Source of the DNA: Savitreella phatthalungensis
Taxonomy: Eukaryota
Reading direction: 5' to 3'
DNA length: 64,000 nucleotides
Assembly: GCA_051599415.1 (NCBI GenBank)
Contig: AP039715.1
Location: 186,001-250,000 of the forward strand
The translations under genes were made by a program, and so were the position numbers. Below, piece after piece: positions 1 to 11,442 of the stretch. Under the pieces are notes generated by a model that ran no database searches, was not told the DNA's origin, and worked only from the letters and a program-made list of their open reading frames with translations. Each line of letters starts with the position of its first letter. Position 1 is the stretch's first letter.

Positions 1-1
1 T

Positions 2-1636
2 CTAGCAAGTCCGCCAGCTGCAGGCTCACGCGCAGTCTCGGGCGCAGGCACGCCGACCACAGTCAGTCCCACACCAGTCTATGCTACCCCTCCGGAGCGG
101 CTCAGTCCTGCCACAACTCAAGATGGACCAGAAAAGGAGAATACGCTCGCCGTACCGAAGCCGCAGCTTCGACGTATCGCTTCTGCGCCGGATTCCAAAG
201 CAATCCTCGCCCAAGAGTCCTCCAATACCGCTCCGCCACTGGCGGGCGATGAGGTAGATAGCGCTGCACTCACAGACGGAGACGATCTGCTGGAGGGCGA
301 GGAATTTGACGACGAAAATACTGCTCCACTTTCCGCCAGTGTACCCATCGGCACCTCTACACGCGACCGTAAGAAAGGATTCCGGAGAACATACTCCAAC
401 AACACACTCAGGAGCCGTGCAGTCGAAGTTGGACCTTCCTCGTTTGACAAGCTCAAATTACTCGGAAAGGGTGACGTAGGCAAGGTCTACCTCGTCAGAG
501 AGAAGAAGACCAGCAGGCTGTACGCGATGAAGGTCCTCAGCAAATCTGAAATGATCAAGCGCAACAAGATCAAGCGCGTCCTTGCAGAGCAGGAGATTCT
601 CGCCACTTCGAATCACCCCTTCATCGTCACTCTCCATCACTCCTTCCAGTCCGATGAGAATCTCTACCTTTGTATGGAGTATTGCATGGGAGGCGAGTTC
701 TTCCGCGCCCTGCAAAGTCGACCAGGCAAATGTCTGCGCGAGGAGGATGCTCGTTTTTATGCAGCAGAAGTCACGGCCGCACTCGAGTATCTCCACCTTA
801 TGGGATTCATCTACCGCGACCTGAAACCGGAGAACATCCTTCTTCATCACACAGGTCACATCATGTTGTCGGACTTTGACTTGTCAAAACAGTCAACCTC
901 GCAAGGCGTTCCCGGCATGGTTGTATCTTCCAAAGGTACCTCGATCCACAGCCTTCCTGCAGTGGACACAAGGTCAGTGATAGCAAACTTCCGGACAAAC
1001 TCCTTTGTCGGCACGGAAGAGTACATTGCGCCAGAAGTTATCAACGGCAACGGGCACACTATTGCGGTCGATTGGTGGACGCTCGGCATCCTGCTGTATG
1101 AGATGCTCTACTCAACAACACCCTTCAAGGGCAAGAATCGCAATGCCACCTTTGCAAAAATCCTCAAGAACGATGTGCCGTTCCCGGAATCGCCGCTCGG
1201 GCAGAACGTCTCGTCGAACTGCAAGAATGCGATTCGTAAGCTGCTTACCAAGGACGAGCACCGTCGCCTCGGTTCAAAGGCGGGAGCGTCCGACGTCAAG
1301 AGTCTACCGTTCTTCAAGACGATCCAGTGGGCTCTCTTGCGACATACCAAGCCACCCATCATTCCCGCACCTGGCCGCGGTATCGAAGCCGTCAACTTCC
1401 GCACCATGAAGGAATCCGCTTCGATCGACATTTGCAATGCCGCCGCCATCACCTCAAACCTCCGAGGCGTGCCCATGGGAGCCCAGACACCTTCTCACAC
1501 ACTCGAATTCGACCCTTTCACCTCCTTCAACTCCATCACACTCCATCACGACTATGACGACTCCTCACGTCAACACATCGACCATGAGCATCTCCAACGC
1601 CAGCAAAACGCATCCTCACGAGGCGACTCTAGTTGA
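2..1636 (+). CDS. FPK1: AGC-family Ser/Thr kinase, Nrc-2/Fpk1/Kin82/Ppk14 type (5' partial; frame is open from the window start)
   Basis: The frame of ORF 527..1636 is open back to base 2 and encodes [41 protein letters not shown]. The kinase core has YRDLKPEN, the SDFD variant of DFG and [15 protein letters not shown], all typical of this subfamily. Confidence 0.93.
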   Translation, partial: LASPPAAGSRAVSGAGTPTTVSPTPVYATPPERLSPATTQDGPEKENTLAVPKPQLRRIASAPDSKAILAQESSNTAPPLAGDEVDSAALTDGDDLLEGEEFDDENTAPLSASVPIGTSTRDRKKGFRRTYSNNTLRSRAVEVGPSSFDKLKLLGKGDVGKVYLVREKKTSRLYAMKVLSKSEMIKRNKIKRVLAEQEILATSNHPFIVTLHHSFQSDENLYLCMEYCMGGEFFRALQSRPGKCLREEDARFYAAEVTAALEYLHLMGFIYRDLKPENILLHHTGHIMLSDFDLSKQSTSQGVPGMVVSSKGTSIHSLPAVDTRSVIANFRTNSFVGTEEYIAPEVINGNGHTIAVDWWTLGILLYEMLYSTTPFKGKNRNATFAKILKNDVPFPESPLGQNVSSNCKNAIRKLLTKDEHRRLGSKAGASDVKSLPFFKTIQWALLRHTKPPIIPAPGRGIEAVNFRTMKESASIDICNAAAITSNLRGVPMGAQTPSHTLEFDPFTSFNSITLHHDYDDSSRQHIDHEHLQRQQNASSRGDSS

Positions 1637-1773
1637 TCCGGTGGCGTGAAGGAGAAGTCGCGAAGGACAATTGAAGACGACGAAGGGTTGGAACTTTTTG
1701 TACAATTTGGTAGACTTGACGAGAACCGGATGAGCATCGATGATTGACGTTACCATGTCCTCTGACCTGCTAC

Positions 1774-3264
1774 TTACTTGAGCCAGTCGGGCAAGTACTT
1801 GTTGCCAAGATAAAGCGAAGCGATGCAGAACAGCGCAACGATCACCGATGTCAGCGTCAGCATCATCACAGTCTGCATGTCCAATTGCTCTGTGGCCTGA
1901 GTGAACTCCCTCGTCTTTGGCATCGGTATCGGTTTCTTTGTCGTCGAGTCACTGATCTTATCTCCGCCTGACTTGTCTGCATTTCCAGAACTCGAGCTCT
2001 CCTGGCGCTGACCAAGCAGTTCATTGAAGTGTGTCTCGATCCCGCGTGCCATTGCCTCCCGAGCGAACTTCTGAACGACAATTTTCCTAGCCGCTTGTCC
2101 CAACTCCTTCGCTTTCTTCGCACCCTCGACTCCAGAAAGCACATCTGACAGCACCTTCGCCCATGCATCAGCGTCTCCGGGACGCAAGTACCCGGTCTCG
2201 CCGTCAATGACAGTCTCGAGGGGTCCACCGTTGTTTTGTGCGAGTGTCGGGCATTCGGCCAGCGCGGCTTCGAGCGGAACGATTCCGAAGTGCTCGTTTG
2301 CCGGCGTGTACAGGAGGATGCGGGCGTGTGCAAGGAGTGCCCGCTTGGCAGCGTCTGGAACCGACAGCACAAACACCACCGCCACTGATCCCGTCTTAGC
2401 ACCATCAGGTCGCATGGTCGAAACGTCTGTCCCCGGTCCGACCTCAGCGCCGTTGATCGTCCGGTACGCCAGACCCAGCTGGTCGCACAACCCCTCGAGC
2501 GCCTTCAGCGTAGCGACGTTCTCTGCCACACGCACATCGTGGCCGCCTGCGACGATGAGCATTGCATCCGAAGACAACCGTGCGAACGCTTTGATGGCAA
2601 GGGCGACATCCTTCTTGCGCTCGAACCGATTGATCGACAACGCAATAGGTACTTGCTTCTCATTCCGCAGGCCTGTACCGTCGAACTTCTGCGTCACATC
2701 GACACATGGGTAGACAACCGCAGGCACCCTCCGTATCCGGGTGAATGCCCGCCTGAACACGGAAGCGGTGAAGCGAGAGTTGACGACGATCCTGTCAGCG
2801 GCATCTGTCGTCTTCTCCTCGATGTAATCGAATGGTACGCGGTAGAGTGATTTGAGCAGCGACGCCCGCGTCGACAGCAGCTTGTCTGGAAAGTGGCAGT
2901 AGAACAGGACCTTAAGATTCGGTCGACGCATCTTCAGCAACGGGATCGCCACCGACAATTGATCTGCAAACACCACATCGTATTCCTCCTGATCGCCGAG
3001 CAGTGACACGGCGAGATGCAACTGCCGTAGCATTGCACACAAGATACTCAATTTGCCAGCGATATTTGCGGGCACTACCGTGTCTCCTCGCACCCGAACC
3101 TCCAGCGTCCCGTCACGCGCCTCAGGAAAGCAATGATCCCTGTCGCGGTAAGACGTGTATATCACCACAGAGTGGCCAAGCTCCTGCAATCCCACCGCAG
3201 CATCCACCACAAGTCTCTCAGCACCGCCGATACCCAAGTCAGGGTGGATGAATGCAATCTTCAT
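1774..3264 (-). CDS. ALG2: alpha-1,3/1,6-mannosyltransferase ALG2 (GT4)
   Basis: MKIAFIHPDLGIGGAERLVVDAA, FYCHFPD, SINRFERKK, LLYTPANEHFGIVPLEA and a C-terminal hydrophobic segment. First in-frame ATG is at 3264 (track start at 3306 is GTG). Confidence 0.96.
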   Translation of the reverse strand: MKIAFIHPDLGIGGAERLVVDAAVGLQELGHSVVIYTSYRDRDHCFPEARDGTLEVRVRGDTVVPANIAGKLSILCAMLRQLHLAVSLLGDQEEYDVVFADQLSVAIPLLKMRRPNLKVLFYCHFPDKLLSTRASLLKSLYRVPFDYIEEKTTDAADRIVVNSRFTASVFRRAFTRIRRVPAVVYPCVDVTQKFDGTGLRNEKQVPIALSINRFERKKDVALAIKAFARLSSDAMLIVAGGHDVRVAENVATLKALEGLCDQLGLAYRTINGAEVGPGTDVSTMRPDGAKTGSVAVVFVLSVPDAAKRALLAHARILLYTPANEHFGIVPLEAALAECPTLAQNNGGPLETVIDGETGYLRPGDADAWAKVLSDVLSGVEGAKKAKELGQAARKIVVQKFAREAMARGIETHFNELLGQRQESSSSGNADKSGGDKISDSTTKKPIPMPKTREFTQATEQLDMQTVMMLTLTSVIVALFCIASLYLGNKYLPDWLK

Positions 3265-3592
3265 CCTCTCCAGCACACTAATATCCAGTCTAGATGGGCT
3301 GCTCACTTACCGATGTCTTGAGCACGTCGTTTAGTTGTGTCAACATACGCGTGCAGGTCTATGACATCGTCGTGTATTCCTGGAGCTCCGAATGTACGCA
3401 TGACCGTGCACGATTTTACGTGAATGAATTCAACCATCAACTCAGTATAAGTCCACATGCAACTACATCAGAGGTCGTGCACAGCTTCACTCTAGAAACA
3501 CCCAGACTCATAAGTCTGGTCAGCATCCAGACAGATCGAACGGACATTCTGAATACGCCCAATGATGCTCAGATAAGGCATGATATATCGCT

Positions 3593-6088
3593 ATGGCTGA
3601 GCTAGTGTCTTCTCGTGCCCTTCAATGGGCTTCACGAGTCCAAGATCTCGCTGATCATGCTCGAGGTCTTACCTCAGGCGCGGTACAATCTGTCATCCGT
3701 TCACGCTCGCTTGTGAATGTGGACGGTGACAAGCTTGACGCTTTGCTCGACGGCACGCGTGAGACGGACAAGGTTGATGGTATGCGCCGTGTCATGGCTC
3801 TCTCGGCTGCAGGTCAAGATATGTCTGGACACTTCCCCGCAGTCGTCAAGAATGTGGCATCGAGCAATCTACAGGTTCGGAAGCTCGTCTACATCTACAT
3901 TGCCAGATACGCAGAGTCACAACCCGACCTCGCACTCCTCTCCATCAACACCATACAACGAGCTCTCAGTGACCATAACCCGGTGGTCCGCGGGATGGCG
4001 TTGCGGTGCATGTCGAGCATCCGTGTGCCCTCGATCGCAGGTATCGTCCTCCTCGCCATCAAGCGTGGTCTCATGGATGCCTCGTTTTATGTGCGGAAGA
4101 ACGCTGCGATCGCGATCGCCAAGCTCCACGCTCTCGACCCCACCCAGCTCCCGCAGCTCCAATCAGCGCTCGAGCAACTGCTGAACGACGACAGCCCACC
4201 TGTCCTTGAAGCGGCTCTCTACGCCTGGCAGCGTATCCTTCCTGGCAGTTGGCACCTCATTCATCCTCACTACCGACGAATCTGTGGTAGTCTATCACGA
4301 ATGAGCTTGCAGGGCCAGGTGGACGTGCTTCATCTGCTTGCGTTCTACGCAAGACTGCATCTCTCGAGGCCCTCAAATGAGGAAGTGATTCCTCAAGCCA
4401 TTAATGTCGACCAATTCTATAGCGAGCAGGATGGGCCCAAGACCTCAGCAGGCATCGACCGGGATCTGAGGCTGTTGCATGCTACTGCACGCGCATGCCT
4501 ATACAGCAGCACGGCGTCCGTGGTCATCGCTGCTACATTTGTCATCAGCACCACTGGCACTCCCAAAGACCAGCAGCTTCTCCTGCTGCCGCTGATCGCA
4601 CTCCTGCGGCAACCATCGGAACAACTTGGCGCTGCGCTAACCTACATCACACATCTGATCTCCCAAGACCCGCAAACGTGGCGAGCACATGCTCGACACT
4701 TCCTAGTCTACCCAACCGATCCCTCCCAGGTCGTCAGACTCAAACTCAGAGCACTCTCGCTTCTCGTCTATGCAGACAATGCCTCGCTCATCTTGTCGGA
4801 GGTTGCGGAGTACTCGCGTGATCGCAGCGATCCGCAGCTATCATCTGCGGCCATTCAAACACTCGGCGACATTGCGCGTCGCGACGCCACGCTCGCTGGT
4901 CGGTGCATGGCGATTCTGTTTGACCGGGTGCGATCGAGCCACAAGTCTGCTAGCGACAACGCCGTTGTGGCGATTCGAAGGATCGTCCAGTCATCGCCAG
5001 AGCAGTACGCCGTCGAGATGAAAACCCTCGGCCGGAGCATCGACACAATCTCATCTCCGGAAGCACGAGCTTCCGTGTTCTGGCTTGTGGCAGAATTTGC
5101 ACATTTACTGCCGCGAATCGCACCAGACCTCCTCAGAAAGGGCGTCAAGGGATTTGCGCACGAGCACGAACACGTACGTCTCCAGATCCTCGTCCTCGCA
5201 GTGAAACTCTACATCCTGGAATGTCTCGCCACAGGTCAGTCGGCAGAAGAGGCGGCAGATGTTGCTGCTGACGTCGAAAGGGACGCCAACACCGAGACGA
5301 ACGGCACCGCTACTGTCTATCGTCCAGCGGACTCAACCTCGATCATCACACAGCTGTACAAGCACGTGATGCACCTCGCTCGGTATGACAGATCGTATGA
5401 CTTGCGTGATCGCTGTCGTCTGTATTCCTATCTGGCGAGCTCTCCTGGGTGGGTACTGACTCGTCGCATCATGTTCGAGCTCGGGTCTGCCTCATCTTCG
5501 GAACAGCCAGATCTGCATAATGCACAGTCATTCAACCTCGGTTCGACATCCATGCTCCTGTCGAGAGCCCTGTCAGACTACGTCGATCTCCCGCCATGGA
5601 CCGATACGCCGTCCGGGTCGGAAGCTCGCGAGGCAGGCGCCTCATCTCAACGGCACACCTCAGCGAAGAATCTCTCGTCTTCGTCCACCACCAACGCCGC
5701 GACAGCAAAGTCTACAGGCAGCAGATACAGCCGATCGCAAATCGTGCCGACCACTCGCTTCCTCTGTGACGATGACGATGACGACGACGACGATCTGTCC
5801 TCCAATCATACAGGAACTGCGCATGCACGCACTAATCAATCAACCTCAGGCAGAGTGAAAACGGGAATTTCCTCACTCGACGACTTCTACGCAACTTCTT
5901 CCTCAGCCTCAGACTCGGCGTCTGCATCTTCAGAAGAAGTGTCAGAAGATGAGGTCGAAGACTCGATTTCTGAAGACGATGATGATGATGATGATGATGA
6001 TGACACGGATGCGTCAACGGGGACTTCAGATGAATCTACTGATATCGAAGACGAGGACCAGCATGCAGAATCCCACAGATTGATCTAA
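3593..6088 (+). CDS. APL6: AP-3 adaptor complex beta subunit
   Basis: Adaptin N motifs FPAVVKNVAS.NLQVRKLVYIY, PDLALLSINTIQRAL and LARYDRSYDLRDR, followed by a Ser/Asp/Glu-rich tail typical of beta-3. Confidence 0.93.
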   Translation: MAELVSSRALQWASRVQDLADHARGLTSGAVQSVIRSRSLVNVDGDKLDALLDGTRETDKVDGMRRVMALSAAGQDMSGHFPAVVKNVASSNLQVRKLVYIYIARYAESQPDLALLSINTIQRALSDHNPVVRGMALRCMSSIRVPSIAGIVLLAIKRGLMDASFYVRKNAAIAIAKLHALDPTQLPQLQSALEQLLNDDSPPVLEAALYAWQRILPGSWHLIHPHYRRICGSLSRMSLQGQVDVLHLLAFYARLHLSRPSNEEVIPQAINVDQFYSEQDGPKTSAGIDRDLRLLHATARACLYSSTASVVIAATFVISTTGTPKDQQLLLLPLIALLRQPSEQLGAALTYITHLISQDPQTWRAHARHFLVYPTDPSQVVRLKLRALSLLVYADNASLILSEVAEYSRDRSDPQLSSAAIQTLGDIARRDATLAGRCMAILFDRVRSSHKSASDNAVVAIRRIVQSSPEQYAVEMKTLGRSIDTISSPEARASVFWLVAEFAHLLPRIAPDLLRKGVKGFAHEHEHVRLQILVLAVKLYILECLATGQSAEEAADVAADVERDANTETNGTATVYRPADSTSIITQLYKHVMHLARYDRSYDLRDRCRLYSYLASSPGWVLTRRIMFELGSASSSEQPDLHNAQSFNLGSTSMLLSRALSDYVDLPPWTDTPSGSEAREAGASSQRHTSAKNLSSSSTTNAATAKSTGSRYSRSQIVPTTRFLCDDDDDDDDDLSSNHTGTAHARTNQSTSGRVKTGISSLDDFYATSSSASDSASASSEEVSEDEVEDSISEDDDDDDDDDDTDASTGTSDESTDIEDEDQHAESHRLI

Positions 6089-6296
6089 TGAGGTTGGTCT
6101 AGTCAATGGTAAAGTTGTATGGTCATGTATTCAAATGCTCTCTCGTCGCTCGCTCCTTCGATGCGTCCGCGTGATGTTTCAATGTAGGGCGTGCTATGTA
6201 TAGGATGTATCGTCTCGTCTCGTCTCGTCTCCAATGGGTCGTTGTTTCTCTCTTTGATCAGTGTTTTAGTACATGGTGGTTTTTGGGTGTGTCTCC

Positions 6297-7253
6297 TTAG
6301 GGGTTTCTGCCACGAACGACCCAAAGCGGATCATTCCAGAGACTTCCCCAGCCGCCTTGACCGTCGCCTGCAGACCTGACATCGACCACCTCGATCTCTC
6401 GCCAACCGCTAAACCACAGATATGTGCCCACCATGTTCAACCGCTCCTTCTCATCCACCTCCAGCCACCGTCTGACGACCTTTGTCGGGAAGCAACGGTT
6501 GCTGATGGCGAGGTGGACGGTGCCACCGCGCTTGGTCTGTGTTCGGATGCTCGACAGGACCTCGACCGGCCTTGTGAGGTAGTCGATGGAAACTGCGCAG
6601 GTGGTCGCGTCGAGTAGGATGGGTGTGCCTTCGGCGTGCTCGTCTGTGGTCGGGAGGTCGACGATCGGGTTTACATTCAGATCCTGCACGGTATACGCAC
6701 CCAACGATCGATTCTTCACCAGCTCCGGACCATTCATCCCAGTACCGAGAATCACCAAGTCAGGTCTGTCGCGTCCACCCCGAACACGCGTCCGGTCCAC
6801 AACCTCGACAGGGTAGTGCGAGATCCAGGAAGAACAGAGGTCCAGGAGGACGCCGCGAGCGGGTAAGCTGCACCGGTAGTAGTTCGACAACCCTTCGATC
6901 GCGCCGTGGTCGATGTGTGTCACGAATCGCGGGCTCTTGTAGAACTCGGCGTCAGAGGAGCTGTCCATCGGCTTCATGTCGGCGGCCGTGTAAGGAAACG
7001 AGGTTGTCTCTGCGGCCGGCGGTGTCCACGGCCGCGCAATCATGTGTGAAGGCAACCGTGGGTACGTAGATGGAGGTGATGATGGCGATTGACCCTTGCC
7101 ATTGATCGTGCTGTGGCCAGCATTTCCTGTAGAAGCAACAGCAGGAACAGCGCCTACAAGACCGATGGTCCCTGCCCGTCGTCGGGTCACCGTCGTCATT
7201 GTTTGTTTTAGGTGTCTAAGGTGGTGGAGTAACCTTGACGAGCTACTCGACAT
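6297..7253 (-). CDS. class I SAM-dependent methyltransferase-like protein
   Basis: D..FY.SPRFVTHID, LDLCSSWISHYP, VQDLN, CAVSIDYLTRP, SNRCFPTK and DPLWVV motifs of a conserved bacterial/plant/fungal methyltransferase family. Confidence 0.85.
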   Translation of the reverse strand: MSSSSSRLLHHLRHLKQTMTTVTRRRAGTIGLVGAVPAVASTGNAGHSTINGKGQSPSSPPSTYPRLPSHMIARPWTPPAAETTSFPYTAADMKPMDSSSDAEFYKSPRFVTHIDHGAIEGLSNYYRCSLPARGVLLDLCSSWISHYPVEVVDRTRVRGGRDRPDLVILGTGMNGPELVKNRSLGAYTVQDLNVNPIVDLPTTDEHAEGTPILLDATTCAVSIDYLTRPVEVLSSIRTQTKRGGTVHLAISNRCFPTKVVRRWLEVDEKERLNMVGTYLWFSGWREIEVVDVRSAGDGQGGWGSLWNDPLWVVRGRNP

Positions 7254-9237
7254 AGACCCACTCGAGCGAGATCGAGTGTCTATGTAGTGGTGAAGGAGGT
7301 GTGAGTGGAAGGACGGGTAGGGATGCCTACACTATGAAACTTCTATGAGACTGCCGTTCGATCCGCCGTCGTATAGCTTGTGTGCAAAATCGATGACAAC
7401 GATCTTGACAGATATATCCGCACTACCTCCGGAGAGACAGATAGTAGCTACAATCCGGTTGTTCGGATACCGGGGTGAGTGGTTGTGTGCTGGTGGGGAT
7501 GACTTGACTGATGAACGGGAGATCCGTCACTGAGGATATCGTCTGGCTGCTTCGGACAATGAGCCTAAACTATATTGAATGGCTTGCTGAGTGATTGCCT
7601 GATTGATAGATTCAAGGATGATAGAATAGAATCCACACAGACAGTACGTCCAGGACGTCCAACACCTCCAGTCTGTGTAGTACGTGTTCTTCAAAGCTGC
7701 AGTGTGGAAACCTCTCTCTGATGAGATCATAGTAGGCCTACCTGATTCACTTGGACTATCAAAGGTGGGGCGGATAGACGGCAGGGAATTAAAGCTGTTG
7801 TTCATATGGCTTAGCTTCAAAGACAGTGAATATTTGATTTTTGTTTTCTGATTTAGACTTTCCGGCGACTCATCATCATCATCATCCAACTGTAACCTTC
7901 TGTCTTCTCGGGAAAATCGAAGCCATGAACGGCAGAAACAGCCTTGTACCACAATGACAAAGACAATCATCAGACCGTACATCTCCATCTCCACTACACT
8001 GTACGACAACGATCGGGAGGTTTGTGAAATGTCGTTCGTTAAGAACGTTCGTTAAGAAGACGTGTTTGGAACAATCATTCGAGAGTCTCGGTATCATGAC
8101 TAGATTCATACCATCTCACTCCTCAAACTGATATATCGCAAATCACATCTGACCACAGATAAGTACGTTATTAGTCTGTGGCCGAGAAAACAATGAAAAT
8201 CGGCATCACATCCAAAGACATCGAATTCATCAACGGAACGGAATGATATATCGTTATATAGCCTCACCTGCAGCAGTAGCACAGCAGGGCAAGAAAAGCA
8301 TTCTGAAAAAGGTGAGAATTCTAGGGAATGACGTCAATCCATTTCCCTTCCTGGCAATTAAGCTCTTTATCACCGCTTGAACCAATCCAGATCCAGCTAA
8401 AGACAGAGGGAAAATTAATTCCGTAGAATGATCACAGACAAGTCAAATTTCAGACTAATTTAGACGAACACTACAATTCAACGAGGTCTAGGTCCCACTT
8501 GCTTCTACCTACGGGTAAGTATGTTCATCCACTCTGCCAGAGATCTTCCATTTACGATTGTGTAGGTCATCATTCCAGACATTGAATTTCCGACGGTAGC
8601 TGGACTCACCGTTCAATCGATCTGCCAAGAGGATCAAGAGTTGCTCGGCTCGACTAGCCAGCAATACACACATCTTGAACCTACTGGCAGATTGTTTGCT
8701 TGGCTACCCAACTGACTGATCTCAAAATCGGCCGCAAAACCCACCTCCAGAATTCTCCGTGCCAAGAAATTCTTCAGAGCTTCTTTATCCGAGATACTAC
8801 TGGTAGCATTCCTGTACAGTTCACACTTTCATATCCTAGCACACACCGCAGTCCTCGCTAAGCCACACCCAGGGGCACAATACTGCTTAAGTCGGCATGC
8901 TATGTCAGAGAGAATCATCGTGACTTTGTAGCATACTATCACAATGATCAACCTAGGGCAGAAGACTTTATCATGGACCACGTGCAAATGAACAGGTGTC
9001 GTGATGAAATCACTCGGGCGAATCCACTCCGGAGTGAGTAATCCGTCATGAGCGAGACTGGTGATCAGGAAGCGAAGAAAAACTCGAATTGCATGATGAG
9101 AGACAGACCATCAACCAACAATGACCTGCACGATCGGTGGAGAGAGACTTGCCGAAAGTTCACTGTGGAGGTCGGTCGGCAACACGGCAAAACGCGAGAA
9201 ATGGGAGTGGTTCACGAGAAGAAGAAAAAGAAAAAAG

Positions 9238-9245
9238 AAAAAAAA
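9238..9245 (-). terminator. RNA polymerase III oligo-T terminator of tRNA-Tyr
   Basis: T8 run starting 4 nt after the discriminator base, followed by further T runs. Confidence 0.85.
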
Positions 9246-9248
9246 CAC

Positions 9249-9368
9249 TCTCGTCACCCGGAGTCGAACCGGGGGCCCCAAGATTAATCCAATCTGAGTA
9301 AGGTTCACAGTCGAATAGTCTTGCACGAAATTACAGTCTTGTGCTCTAACCATCTGAGCTATGACGAG
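9249..9368 (-). tRNA. tRNA-Tyr(GTA) with a 46-nt intron (exons 9368-9331 and 9284-9249)
   Basis: Full cloverleaf on the minus strand: acceptor CTCGTCA/TGACGAG + A73, D arm GCTC-AGATGGTTA-GAGC, anticodon arm CAAGA-CTGTAA^A-TCTTG, T arm CCCGG-TTCGACT-CCGGG. The intron is at the canonical 37/38 position. Confidence 0.95.
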
Positions 9369-9594
9369 TGTCTGCAGAAATCTGGAGATGAGCAAACATA
9401 ATACAGAAATTAAGACCGTCGCGTCTTTGCTGAAACTTTCTTGAAGGGTATCATGACAAGGTCACATGCACGGATCCACCTCTCATCAGCTTGACCGCGT
9501 CCACAGCCTTCCGTCTCATCTAATCTATACTGGACATTGAAAGTGCGAACGCCAGCATCGCATTCAATTATCAAGGGAGATTCCCTCATCTATC

Positions 9595-11175
9595 ATGTCA
9601 GTCATCACAGTGGACAACAGCGATGGCGTTGACCGTCATTGGGTGAAAACCGAAGACAGAGTGCCACCCACGACGGGATCATACGATTACTTCCGCTCGG
9701 TCAAAGATGATGAGCCAAAGATGGTCCGCTGGCTGTCTCAGTTGGGGAACGCTGCAAAAGATTTGCTCCCGGACGCGCGCTCACTCCAAACAGATGTCCG
9801 TCTTGCTGCCCTACCGAAAGGCTACCAGCTCGTGGAACACTGCAAGTCGATGGACGGCACATCTCAGGTTCGGCGCGACGCTTACCTGTTCGGTCATCCG
9901 GATGGTGGCCGGTATAGGTCAATCAATGAGTTCACGCCACATCTGCGCTGGCTCGTAGGCGGTCGCAAAGGCGAATGCGAGTGCCGCTTGGACAACGCGA
10001 ACCAGGGCAAAGGCGCCATTGGCAGGACTCCCCGACCTTCCGCCGCTGCAAGCGTCAAGCCGGAACGATCAGCCATGTCAGAGCTAGGCAGGGCCAAACT
10101 GAAGCGCGCAAAGCTCGATCGAGCAGTTGAGATGCACCCATTCGCACATGCCTACCGCCTCGGCGAAATCGTTCTTGGCAAGAATGACAAGCCCTATATC
10201 ATCGAAGAGGTGCATTGGCCTCACGATGACAAGGAGGACGACGGCGAGGATGAAGTCACGCAGAGTCAGGAGAATGATACGTTAATAGTCAAGCCGACGA
10301 GCACAGAGCAGGCGCTTGCGATGCAATCGTACATGGCAAGACCACTCACAGCGGGCGCGATTGCACCTGACTTAGAGCGTCACCAGTCAGCGTACTTCAG
10401 ACCATACCTGTCAACGGACGCCCCGCCCTTGCTGCTAGAGTACGGCTCTGGCATCGCGCGCTTCACAGTCGACGAACGAAATCCGCCGGGCCCATTCTTC
10501 CTTGGCTGGTTCCTGGGGCCAGAGAAGCTATGGACTGGAGATGTGGTCCGGCTAGACGAGGAGGAGCAATGCCCTCGCGAGGTGCTTGTCATCGAGTACA
10601 TCATCTGGGACAGAGATGGCGAGACGAAGCCGCTCAAGGTCCGAGGCGATATCCTCGAACTCGTTTCGAGGCAGCCAGTGGCAGCTGATACAAATGGGCC
10701 AAACGCAGGCTTGCCTCTCATCAACCCGTCAGACAATCGCGTCATCCCAGAAGTCGTACAGGCCGTGGCAGCCAAGCACAATCGTATCGCCCGCTACACC
10801 AACCCAAAGGACTGCTTGTATGAGCTAACCTTGGGCGAAGTAAAAGGACGACTATACCACCCTCTGGTCTACTCAGGACCGCTGCAAACTGTCGCCGCTT
10901 TCAAGATTGCTCGCGGTCGGCGAGACACATTTGTGAAGCTGGCAGAGTGGGCAGAAGGATACAATGCCGGAGGCTGGGACATCGACGAAGAAAGAGACAG
11001 TACTCATCTTCTCAGCTCGATCGAAGGCAAGACGCTCGGCTTTAAACACGCCAACAACAGTCCCACACCTCAGCCTACAGCAACCGAGCATGCCGATAGC
11101 CCGACAAACGGCACGAAGAAGCGGCGTCTCGATAGCGCGGTCACCGCTCCTGCGACGCCGAACATTCAAGTATAA
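9595..11175 (+). CDS. clr2: cryptic loci regulator Clr2-like transcriptional silencing protein
   Basis: LPKGYQLVEH, RRDAYLFGHP.GGRYRSINEFTPHLRWL..ECECRL (Clr2 N-terminal domain) and GWFLGPEKLWTGDVVRL (Clr2 C-terminal domain); basic KKRR near the C-terminus. Confidence 0.85.
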   Translation: MSVITVDNSDGVDRHWVKTEDRVPPTTGSYDYFRSVKDDEPKMVRWLSQLGNAAKDLLPDARSLQTDVRLAALPKGYQLVEHCKSMDGTSQVRRDAYLFGHPDGGRYRSINEFTPHLRWLVGGRKGECECRLDNANQGKGAIGRTPRPSAAASVKPERSAMSELGRAKLKRAKLDRAVEMHPFAHAYRLGEIVLGKNDKPYIIEEVHWPHDDKEDDGEDEVTQSQENDTLIVKPTSTEQALAMQSYMARPLTAGAIAPDLERHQSAYFRPYLSTDAPPLLLEYGSGIARFTVDERNPPGPFFLGWFLGPEKLWTGDVVRLDEEEQCPREVLVIEYIIWDRDGETKPLKVRGDILELVSRQPVAADTNGPNAGLPLINPSDNRVIPEVVQAVAAKHNRIARYTNPKDCLYELTLGEVKGRLYHPLVYSGPLQTVAAFKIARGRRDTFVKLAEWAEGYNAGGWDIDEERDSTHLLSSIEGKTLGFKHANNSPTPQPTATEHADSPTNGTKKRRLDSAVTAPATPNIQV

Positions 11176-11289
11176 TGGATGCTCGTGCTTCTCTCTCTAA
11201 ATTCTTCCTGCATCTCAGGCATGCATCAATCCTTCAAGCACAAGCACTTACCTACTAGCGAGCGTTGCGTATAGCCTAGAAAGCCGTTT

Positions 11290-11299
11290 CTAAATTTAG
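11290..11299. promoter_or_regulatory. CTA(A/T)4TAG MEF2/Rlm1-type MADS-box site candidate
   Basis: Perfect palindrome CTAAATTTAG about 145 nt upstream of the arrestin-like gene; the same 10-mer occurs at 63438-63447. Confidence 0.3.
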
Positions 11300-11442
11300 C
11301 CATATTTTTCAATCCTCTTTTTAAACAAACAAAGGTTGTCTCGATCCAGTCCAACGCCAAGACTCCTTGTCTCGCGGCTACGCGTTCAAATCGGGTCCAA
11401 TAACATCAATAAGCATCGTCGCACAAGGTCAAAGAACCTCTC

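Noticed and set aside
3268..3346. Extra upstream coding exon for ALG2 (ATG 3346, GTAAGT donor at 3310)
   Set aside because: The only in-frame acceptor at a plausible distance is a non-canonical GAG and there is no clear branch site; conserved ALG2 sequence begins at ATG 3264.
9048..9395. ORFs 9048..9287 (+) and 9111..9395 (-), the latter resembling a signal-peptide protein
   Set aside because: They overlap the tRNA-Tyr gene and its oligo-T terminator; the poly-Phe/poly-Lys stretches are just the T/A runs.
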